Assembly: GCA_951406725.2 (NCBI GenBank)
Contig: OX597843.1
Coordinates: 6,820,001-6,884,000, forward strand
Reading direction: 5' to 3'
Length of the DNA: 64,000 bases
Source of the DNA: Octopus vulgaris
Lineage: Eukaryota
How positions within the stretch are numbered: the first letter of the stretch is position 1; each line of letters opens with the position of its first letter. The translations under genes were made by a program, and so were the position numbers. Of this stretch, positions 53,843-64,000 are shown piece after piece. A model generated the notes under the pieces. The model did not search any database and was not told the origin of the DNA. It worked only from the letters and a program-made list of their open reading frames with translations.

Positions 53843-54899
53843 ATATGTGTATGTGTATATATATATATATATATATAAATATATATATATATACACACAC
53901 ATGCGGTCACACACTCATACAAGCGACCACACACACATACATGCGACCACACGTTCACGCATTCGATCACATGCTACATACACTACCACAAACATACAAT
54001 ACACACTATCACAACCACACTGTCGCAAGCCACGCACAAACATACACACAACAGTGTCATACAAAGACGATACAACACACTCAATGATACCAAATAACAA
54101 CGGTCACGTGACCACCACACATACATCACAACGCACATTATCATACTAATAAACACATTATCAGACAGACACACACGCACACGCACAACCACAGTATATA
54201 AAATGTTAAGGGTTAAAGACCCTCTTCGGCCATGAATGATCATGGAATTGTCCCCTAGAAAATTTCCCTCCCAGGTACAAGTCCGTTCTGAGCTTAAATT
54301 CCACCGAGGTCGACTTTGCCTTTCATCCTTTCGGGGTTGATTAAATAAGTACCAGTTATGCACTGGGGAGTCGATATAATCGACTTAATCCGTTAGTCTG
54401 TCCTTGTTTGTCCCCTCTGTGTGTAGCCCCTTGTGGACAGTAAAGAAATAAGATTATTTATAGAAGACCAGCAGTCGCCTACGCATACCCCCCTCTCCAC
54501 ACCATTATATGTACATAGGGCAAAGGGTAAAGCCCCTTCAGTCATCAATGAGGTACAAGTCCTGTCAAGATTGTTTAAGGAAGACCATCAGTCGCCCATG
54601 CATTCCAGCCTCTCCTCTCCATGCCACTGATGTTATCCAAGGGAAAGGCAAAGGGGCCGATACAGCCTGGCACCAGTGACATCACAACTCAAGTCTACAG
54701 CTGAGTGGGACGAGAACAACGTGAAAATAAAAACTCTTGCTCAAGAACACAACCCACAGCCCAGTCCGGGAATCGATCTCACTACGTCATGATTGTGAGC
54801 CCGGCGCTTGAACCACTGAGCCAAATCACACACACACACTATCACTTGTATTTTCCCTCGTCACTCATCGACATCACAAACACAACACAACAAACCCAC

Positions 54900-55252
54900 C
54901 TTCATCAAACAGCGACGAGTCGTCCTTCGGATCCGAACCCCGATCCGGATAGTAGTCATGCCGTGGGTCGGAGCCGTCCTTCGCCGCCGCCACCACGTCG
55001 TCGTCGTCGTCTTTGTCCTTGCTCGACCAAGTCATTTTATTCTCCTTCTTCAGTCGGCGCCGGGCGTTGGCAAACCAGGTGGACACTTGGGTGAGGGTCA
55101 TTTTGGTGATAATCGCCAGCATGATCTTCTCGCCCTTGGTTGGGTAAGGGTTCTTGCGGTGCTCGTAGAGCCAGGCTTTGAGAGCGTTCGTTGTTTCCCG
55201 GGTGGCGTTCTTCCGCCGGTTGGTGGCGCTGTTGTAATCTAGCGCCTGGTAA
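54900..55252 (-). CDS. Irx: Irx homeobox exon (TALE homeodomain [64 protein letters not shown], then acidic tract)
   Basis: Diagnostic Iroquois homeodomain ([18 protein letters not shown]); TTTTCCAG acceptor, GTGGGT donor. Confidence 0.98.
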
Positions 55253-55334
55253 CTGGAAAAAGACAGAAAGAACAAAATATATGTAGCGTGATTGTTTTGC
55301 ACACACACATGCACGCACACACACGCACACACAC

Positions 55335-55395
<61 letters not shown>

Positions 55396-55596
55396 GTATT
55401 CCCTCGCCACATAATATTCACAAACGCACAACGAGTTACTTCACAGATTCCGTTTACCAAATTCTTTCTGAAGGCATCTGCCTACCTGGGGCTATAATAT
55501 AAGACACTGGCCCAAGGTGCCGCCGCTCTGTGGGACTGAACTCGGAAACATGTGATTGCAAAACATGCTCCAAAACCCACAGAGCTAATACATTTA

Positions 55597-55757
55597 TTGC
55601 AGGAGTGGCTGTGTGGTAAGTAGCTTGCTAACCAACCACATGGTTCCGGGTTCAGTCCCACTGCATGGCACCTTGGGCAAGTGTCTTCTGCTATAGCCCC
55701 GGGCTGACCAATGCCTTGTGAGTGGATTTGGTAGACGGAAACTGAAAGAAGCCTGTC

Positions 55758-55815
<58 letters not shown>

Positions 55816-56030
55816 ATGTGTGTGTGTTTGTGTGTCTGTGTTTGTCCCCCTAGCATTGCTTGACAACCGATGCTGGTGTGTTTATGTCCCCATCACTTAG
55901 CAGTTCGGCAAAAGAGACTGATAGAATAAGTACTGGGCTTACAAAGAATAAGTCCCGGGGTCGAGTTGCTCGACTAAAGGCGGTGCTCCAGCATGGCCGC
56001 AGTCAAATGACTGAAGCAAGTAAAAGAGTA
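55597..56030 (+). mobile_element. SINE family A, full length
   Basis: Head, core and tail as at 2067. Confidence 0.85.
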
Positions 56031-56177
56031 TTGCTTTTTTTTTTGTTTTTGTTGAAGAATAAATTGATTGGGTGAAAGATGGTTGACAGATCGATCATCC
56101 GTAGCGGTCTGGGGTGGAGGACGAAAAACGCAATGTGGAGGGGAAGGTTGACATTGCGGGTATAGGGTTCTACTTAC

Positions 56178-56317
56178 TAGCTACTGTAGGAATGTGCCGC
56201 CAAAACTGCTGGGTCGTATGTATAACAAGATGGGGGAACGGGTGCCGAACCCGCCGCTAGGGCTTTCCAGGAGTCTGTGGGACGTTCAATGTCGTAACCA
56301 GTCGCGGGAACCGGCTT
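56178..56317 (-). CDS. Irx: Irx short exon (KPVPATGYDIERPTDSWKALAAGSAPVPPSCYTYDPAVLAAHSYSS)
   Basis: Poly-T..CCACCAG acceptor, GTAAGT donor; 140 nt, phase 0 in, phase 2 out, exactly joining the flanking exons; Irx-like W and YxYDP motifs. Not in the ORF track. Confidence 0.88.
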
Positions 56318-56784
56318 CTGGTGGGAGAATAAGAAAAAAAAAATTATTAAAGAAAGCGTTATGTTTTATGGTTAACATATAGTTATATATTTAAATGTGT
56401 GTAAAATATATTGTTACAATATAGTATATAAATATTCTTTTCTACTCTAGGCACAAGGCCCGACATTTTTGGGGAGTGGGGGGCAGTCGATTAGATCGAC
56501 CCCAGTACGCAACTGGTACTTAATTTATCGACCTCGAAAGGATGATACCGCTAAGTATTTCGCCCGGCGTGCTAACGTCTCTTATTTCTTTACTACCCAC
56601 GAGGGGCTACACACAGAGGGGACAAACAAGGACAGACAAACGGATTAAGTCGATTATATCGACCCTAGTGCGTAACTGGTACTTATTTAATCGACCCCGA
56701 AAGGATGTATAGCAGCATGAGCAATAAAAAAATATTTTCCATTCTAAAATCTAATCTCCTCCATTATATAAATATGAATAAATT

Positions 56785-57016
56785 TATTAAACTGTGTGGA
56801 GGAGGACCTATGATGATCTGGGGGCGGGGAAGGGGTATATCTTGGAAATCCGCCGGCCCAACGGTTTCCCTTTATGGCAGAATTGATAGTCAAGACTATT
56901 TAAGCATTTTGTCTGATCAAATTCATCCTATTGTTGCGGAACTGTTTCCGGAGAGAGACACAATCTTTCAGGATGATAATGCATCAATTCACACAGCTAA
57001 AGTTATTACTGAATGG
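56785..57016 (+). pseudogene. Tc1-like transposase fragment
   Basis: GGG..MIWG..YLSIL..IFQDDNASIHTAK. Confidence 0.8.
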
Positions 57017-57044
57017 CACACACACATACACACATATATGTCTA

Positions 57045-57415
57045 TACTCTTTTACTCTTTTACTTGTTTCAGTCATTTGACTGTGGCCATGCTGGAGCAC
57101 CGCCTTTAGTCGAGCAAATTGACCCCGGGACTTATTCTTTGTAAGCCCAGTACTTATTCTATCGGTCTCTTTTGTGACGTAAACACACCAGCATCGGTTG
57201 TCAAGCAACGCTAGGGGGACAAACACATACACACACATATATATACATATATACGACAGGCTTCTTTCAGTTTCCGTCTACCAAATCCACTCACAAGTCA
57301 TTGGTCGGCCCGGGGCTATAGCAGAAGACACTTGCCCAAGATGCCACGCAGTGGGACTGAACCCGGAACCATGTGGTTGGTTAGCAAGCTACTTACCACA
57401 CAACCACTCCTGCGT
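57045..57415 (-). mobile_element. SINE family A
   Basis: Head, core and tail as at 2067, with a small internal deletion. Confidence 0.85.
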
Positions 57416-57864
57416 CTATATATATATATAAGTGTTGTTTGGTCATATAAATTCACAACCTGACACTCCATTCTATTAAGGCGACCCTGGGAAATGAATG
57501 GTTTGAAAAAGTAGGAGTAGATCTCTCTGAATAAACAGAGTCTATTCCAGCAGGGTAGGCATGGGAGTTCAATGAAATTTTTATTGAGAGGAATTCGGTC
57601 TCCCTAAATTCGTAACTCTGGACTTCATCCTACTAGGGTGGGCCCAGCCCCTGAGAAATTTGATCCCTTAATGATATACAACGTTTCATTTGTTATAATA
57701 GAGATGTCGGGACCTAATAAAGAGACCTGTCATATAGTGTCTGTGTGTATATGTGAGAGTGTGTGTGTGTGTATACACTCTGTTAGTGTAGTTGATACAC
57801 GAAGAGAGGCAATAAGATCTTATCTGATATCGTAGTGTATATACATACATACATACATACATAC

Positions 57865-57901
<37 letters not shown>

Positions 57902-57985
57902 TATACGTATTCTCACGCCAGTAATGTATGTATGTATATATATATAAATATTTATATGAAATATATATATATATAAGTTTCATAA

Positions 57986-58016
<31 letters not shown>

Positions 58017-58085
58017 AGTTTCATAAATGTACATATATATATATATAAATATTTATATGAAATATATATATGTTTCATAAATATT

Positions 58086-58129
<44 letters not shown>

Positions 58130-59077
58130 TCATATATATATACATATATTTATATATATATAAAGTTCATATGTTTTCTTCAGAAACAGAGGTAAGTCCA
58201 TACATATTCATACATATTTTATATCCGTGCAAATGTTGAAGTAATATCTGTTCTATAACAAAGAAGATTATGAAACAGCTGTAAACGGATGAAACCAAAC
58301 ATCTGTTTTCTCACCTTACCAGACACACATATATACATTAAAGTTGGTTCAGGCCCACACTACCTAAAGTTCTGTAGACGTTAAACATGTCGATATCATA
58401 ATATATCCGTAGAGAAAATAAACAGAATTTAAAAGAAATTCAAAATGGCTTCTGCGTGAAAATATTCAGCCCTCTGTCAGTTAGATAAGGTTTTTGTTAT
58501 CACATCAACGCCAGTACTTTTATTGTTAGGTCTACTTGGTGGAGAGGACAGACAAGATTTTGGTGTCAGTCGGCATTCTGGAAGAAACGATTTTCCAGGT
58601 ACCTCAGCTCTTTGCGTTGGATACCACACGTGGTGGGACGGATTGGATGTTAGGGGTCACTTAGTCGGCGTTCTGTTGTTTGTTCCTTCTTGAGCCATGC
58701 CTGGCTCATAAGGGCCGGTTTCCCGGTTTCCTTAGCGTATAGGTTCCCCACCAGGACAAGACACCTGTCCGTCGCAAGTGGGCTGCAAGATGCAGGAGGA
58801 AAGAGTGAGAGAAAGTTGTGGTGAAAGAGTCAGCAGAAGTTCGCCATTACCTTCTGTCGGAGCCGCGTGGAGCTTAGGTGTTTCGCTCATAAACACACAC
58901 ATCGCCCGGTCTGAGATTCGAACCCGCGATCCCTCGACCGTGAGCCCACTGCTCTAACCGCTAGGCCATGTGCCTCCACAGTCGGTGTTCTAGAAGATAT
59001 GGTATTCCAGAAACTTCCGCTCTTTGCCTTAGAATACTACATGCAGCAGGGCGGCAGATAATAAAGAAAATACTTAC

Positions 59078-59383
59078 CAGTGGTGCGTAAAACGCCGAGG
59101 GTTCAGTCCCGAGTAAAGCCGAAGGGGACAGCCCGGTCGTCGTATAGATATGTTCCCTCAGGGATGCAGGCATGCGTGGGTATGTGGCCAGGAGGGCAGG
59201 GTGCAGTTGGCAGGTGCAGGTAGACTGGCCGGTACAAGGGTCCGTCACAATCGGTCGTCCGTTCTCGCAACACGTTGGCGACGAGGTCGATGAGGAGGTC
59301 ACGGCGGCTGCCGCTGCTGCTGCTGCTGCTGCGGCTGCCGCTGCTGCTGTTGCTTGGCCTAAGTTGCTGCCGGACAGTAGTAA
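59078..59383 (-). CDS. Irx: Iroquois homeobox gene, N-terminal exon (probably exon 2): poly-Ala(15) and CCENGRPIVTDPCTGQSTCTCQ motif
   Basis: (TC)n-TAG acceptor, GTAAGT donor; 102 codons, phase 0/0; the CCENGRP..DP..GQ..C.CQ motif is characteristic of protostome Iroquois proteins. Confidence 0.92.
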
Positions 59384-59489
59384 CTAGAGAGAGAGAGAGA
59401 GAGAGAGAAAAGAGAGAGGTTAGAGATGACCCATGGTTGAGAAGAAACGTCGCATTGCATCACGGTAGCTTTCACTCTTCCTAGTTAAA

Positions 59490-59803
59490 CATTATTAACG
59501 TCGGGCTCACAATCATGTGATAGTGAGTTCGAATCCCGGACCGGGCTGCGTGTTGTATCCTTGACCAAGACACTTTATTTTCACGTTGTTCCAGTTCACT
59601 CAGCTGTAGAAATGAATTGTGACGTCACTGGTGCCAAGCTGTCTCGGCCCCTTTGCCTTTCCCTTGGCGTGGGGAGGAGAGGCCGGTATGCATGAGCGAC
59701 TGCTGGTCTTCCATAAACAGCCTTGCCCGCACCTGTGTCTCGGAGGGGGAACTTTCTAGGTGCAATCCCACGGTCATTCATGACAGGAACCGGTCTTTAC
59801 CCT
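59490..59803 (+). mobile_element. tRNA-derived SINE family D
   Basis: GAGTTCGAATCCC B-box, CCTTGACCAAGACACTTT core; related copy at about 54208-54825 (-). Confidence 0.65.
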
Positions 59804-59893
59804 ATTTACACTAAGAATTGTTCTCCAGAAAATTTAGCAAACCCCAGAAACGTAAACGAGCAAGACAAATGGAAAGGAACAAAAGTGAAACAT

Positions 59894-60113
59894 TTACTCT
59901 TTTACTCTTTTACTTGTTTCAGTCATTTGACTGCGGCCATGCTGGAGCACCGCCTTTAGTCGAGCAACTCGACCCCGGGACTTATTCTTTGTAAGCCCAG
60001 TACTTATTCTATCGGTCTCTTTTGCCGAACCGCTAAGTGACGGGGACGTAAACACACCAGCATCGGTTGTCAAGCAATGCTAGGGGGACAAACACAGACA
60101 TACAAACACACAA

Positions 60114-60184
<71 letters not shown>

Positions 60185-60342
60185 CGACGGGCTTCTTTCA
60201 GTTTCCCTCTACCAAATCCACTCACAAGGCTTTGGTCGGCCCGAGGCTATAAAAGAAGACACTTGCCCAAGGTGCCACACAGTGGAACTGAACCCGGAAC
60301 CATATGGTTGGTAAACAAGCTACTTACCACACAGCCACTCCT
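59894..60342 (-). mobile_element. SINE family A, full length
   Basis: Head, core and tail as at 2067. Confidence 0.85.
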
Positions 60343-60508
60343 AAGCCTTGTTTATGATTAATCTCTATATTTGTTACTTTCCGTTTGTCTTTCTTGCTTA
60401 CGTTTCTGCTGTTTGCTAAATTTTCTGGAGAACAATTCTTAGTGGTTAAGGCCATAGTGGATCTACTTCTAGCATTAGGGTTGTCCACATAGTGGTAATC
60501 CCTATCAA

Positions 60509-60560
<52 letters not shown>

Positions 60561-61350
60561 ACACACACATATACATATATATGTTTATCTACTAGTCTGT
60601 CTGTTTAGCTATCTGTCTATGTACACACACACAATACATTATATATATTTCGTATATTATCTATTTAAACATTTAGCTACACATAATCATATATATATAT
60701 ATGTATTTGTGTGCATATATATGTATTTGTGTGTGTATATGTGTGTGGATATGTATGTGTAAATGTATGCATATACAGTATGTGTGTGCGTGTATGTGAA
60801 TGTACGTACGTATGCGTGTATATACACATTTATACATATTTATAAATACCTCTATCTGCTTACATTTTATTGTATACACATGTCTGCTTATCTTTGTATC
60901 TGTGTGTCTGTGCATACACCCATCCAAACACACAAACCCAAGTGTTGATGATGTATAAGTAATGCGAACATCTCCGCGTAAGTGACGGTCGGCTGGTTTC
61001 CAACGACCGACCTAAACAGCCTTGATAACCACACGAAACAGGTAAAATACGAAAATATTAATCACCGAACAGACATAATAATTGACTGAGAAATCTTCAC
61101 TAACTTATGACAAATTCGCTAACTTATGACAAATGTACACAATCTGGCGCCTTGTCAGCGGGCGGGAGGACCTACACGACACGAGGCGAACGGTAGGAGG
61201 TCGAATCTATGTACTCGAGTCTGGAGTATGGACGGTTACGGTAACCACTGGAGCGTTGGCAGGGCAATACAGACAACCCCTGTAAGATTTACGATGGGAT
61301 ATCATCACCTCTGATACCCAAGGATATATATATATGTGTGTGTGTGTAAG

Positions 61351-61383
<33 letters not shown>

Positions 61384-61386
61384 GTA

Positions 61387-61465
<79 letters not shown>

Positions 61466-61855
61466 ATGTATATAAGCTTCGTGCAATGGCCATACTCGAT
61501 AACGAGGAGGAAGCTATAATATATATATATAAAGTTATATATATATATATCCCTGGCTTTCTTCCTTGCTCTGTTACGATGGGGTCAACGATGTGTTATG
61601 CGGCGGTCTTACGGAAGGCTCGTATGTCTGAATGTCTGGCTGTTTGCTTATTTGTCTGTTTGTCTGTCTGACTGTCATAGTGTGTGTGTGTGTGTGTGTG
61701 TGCCCGTGGTGTGCTTGTATGACTCTGTTTGTGTGTAGACCTGTGTGTGTGTGGTTCTATGTGTCTGGCGGTTTGTGAGCCTATCAAGAATCGGTTGGCC
61801 TGCTTCAGCATACCTTTTTTGAACACTATATAAGTCTACACACGCACACACTACG

Positions 61856-61887
<32 letters not shown>

Positions 61888-61946
61888 TATATAGATATAT
61901 ATACATACATATACACACACACACATATATATATATATATACATAT

Positions 61947-62006
<60 letters not shown>

Positions 62007-62884
62007 GTGTGTGTGTGCGCAATGGCCCAGTGGTTAGGGCAGCGGACTCGTCGGAGGATCACAGTTTCGATTTCTAGACCGGGCGTTGTGTGTTTATTGA
62101 GCGAAAACACTTAAAAGCTCTACGAGGCTCCGTTCTGAGTTCAAATTCCGCCGAGGTCGACTTTGCCTTTCATCCTTTCGGGGTCGATTAAATGAGTACC
62201 CCTTCTACGTTTAGCCCCTTGTGGGCAATAAAGAAATAAGGAATGTCGGTCGGAGCAGTAAAAGTGCTAGAAAGCAACAACAAAACTGTTACAACAACAA
62301 CGGTTCGGTCAGCGACAACAGCAGCAATTGCATCAGCATCAACATCAGCAGCAACTACATAAATAGCAGCAGTAAGAAAAACACCAACAGCAACAACAAC
62401 CACAACAACGACTGCATGCCGAGTCGTCGATCAACTTTGCTGTTCCAACACCAACATCACTAACACTTCATTAGTTCCAGCATGTAAACCAATAAACCAA
62501 CTCCTACTGCTCCTCTTTCAATTCCTCCCCCCGTCTACTACTACTTCAACCACCATACGGTTCTACCCCCCACCCCCGGATTGTCCTACATCCCACCACC
62601 GTACCCGGTTGTCAAGGAACGACGATCAGTGAGCGCATGCAAGTGACTTGGTTTCTGTGTTTAAACTTCCTTTCTCTTCTTCCTATGTTACTTTTTATTC
62701 GCTTGTTTTGTTAACACACACTACTGAACGGCCGGCTTTTGTTTTCGCCATGTTCATTCATATATTTAGACTGGGTAAACGAACGGGAACGATTGGAGAG
62801 CTGGCATGGTGCTGTTTGTATATTGTGTGTGTGTATGTGCATGTGTGCGTGTTGTTATACACGTATGTGCGTGTTAACAGCGTT

Positions 62885-62965
<81 letters not shown>

Positions 62966-63436
62966 AATAAAATGCCGCTCGTGTTGTCTTTTTGTGTCCA
63001 TTGACTAATGTATAAACACACATACATACATCACACACACATATATATATATATACATAACATATATACATATCTGTACACACACACACATGTATCTTGT
63101 CTCACTCATTAGACTTCTGTCATGCTGGAGCACTTCCTCGAAAAACTTTTAGTTGAACGAATCGACCCCAGTACTTATTCCATCGGTCTCTTTTGCCGAA
63201 CTGCTAGATTATGGGGACGTAAGTACACCAAAACCGGTTGTCAAGCAGTGGTGGACACATACACACACATATTTGATGGACTTCTTTCAGTTTCCGTCCA
63301 CCAAATCCACTGACAATTCTTTGGTCGGCCCAGGGCTATAGCAGAAGACACTTGCCCAAGGTGCCACGCAATGGGACTGAAGCCGGAACCATGTGGTTGG
63401 TAAGAAAGCTTCTTACCACACAGCCACTCCTACACC

Positions 63437-63498
<62 letters not shown>

Positions 63499-64000
63499 CT
63501 TTGTTTCAGTCATCAGACTGTAGACATGCTGGGGCACCATCTTGAATTTTAATTGATAGAATAGACCCCCATATTTATTTTCTTCAAAGCCTAGCACTTA
63601 TTCTATCGGCTTCTTTTGCTGAACTGCTAAGTTACCGAAACATACACACACACACACACGCACACAAGATGGACTTCTATCAGTTTCAATGCACCAAATG
63701 CACACACAGGGCTTTGTTGGCCTGGTGTTGTAGTAGAAGACACTTGCCCAAGGTGCCACGCAGTGGGACTGAACCCGGAACCATGTGGTTGGTAAGCAAG
63801 CTTCTTACCACACAGCCATAACTACGCCCGTTAAACGCGCGTGTATAAATACACGCACATACATAATGCGTATGTAAGCATTTAAAGAATTAAAATATGA
63901 GTGGCTGTGTGGTAAGTAGCTTGTTTACCAATCACATGGTTCCGGGTTCAGTCCCACTGCGTGGCATCTTGGGCAAGTGTTTTCTACTATAGCCTCGGGC

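Noticed and set aside
62221-62463. Gln/Asn-rich ORF as possible Irx exon 1 or another gene
   Set aside because: Low-complexity (CAA/CAG)n; no Irx-like N-terminus or matching donor on the minus strand. Irx exon 1 was not found in 59384-64000.

Overview
Repeat-dense animal genomic DNA. The SINE families and very long (TA)n/(CA)n tracts suggest an octopus or other coleoid cephalopod (inference). It contains two convergent intron-containing genes, reconstructed from splice sites and reading phase. The first is the 3' part of EHBP1 (+; nine coding exons 4944-15848; bMERB domain; C-terminal CaaX CSVQ). The second is an Iroquois (Irx) TALE homeobox gene (-; four coding exons 59383-48513; first exon not found in the window). 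The remainder is SINEs, decayed CR1-, RTE-, R4/Dong- and Penelope-like retroelements, mariner/Tc1, Helitron and piggyBac-type MITE remnants, tandem arrays and microsatellites. The most notable observation is a 353-nt, highly base-paired unit with an intact type I hammerhead ribozyme and a 34-bp terminal direct repeat, lying sense in an EHBP1 intron (retrozyme-like); several further hammerhead motifs occur in the window. Other observations: an unexpected Ehbp1-Irx neighbourhood, a degenerate motif-spacer array just after the EHBP1 stop, a SINE/LINE pair sharing a 3' stem-loop tail, and a micro-inversion with duplicated breakpoints. Repeat boundaries were read by eye and are approximate.
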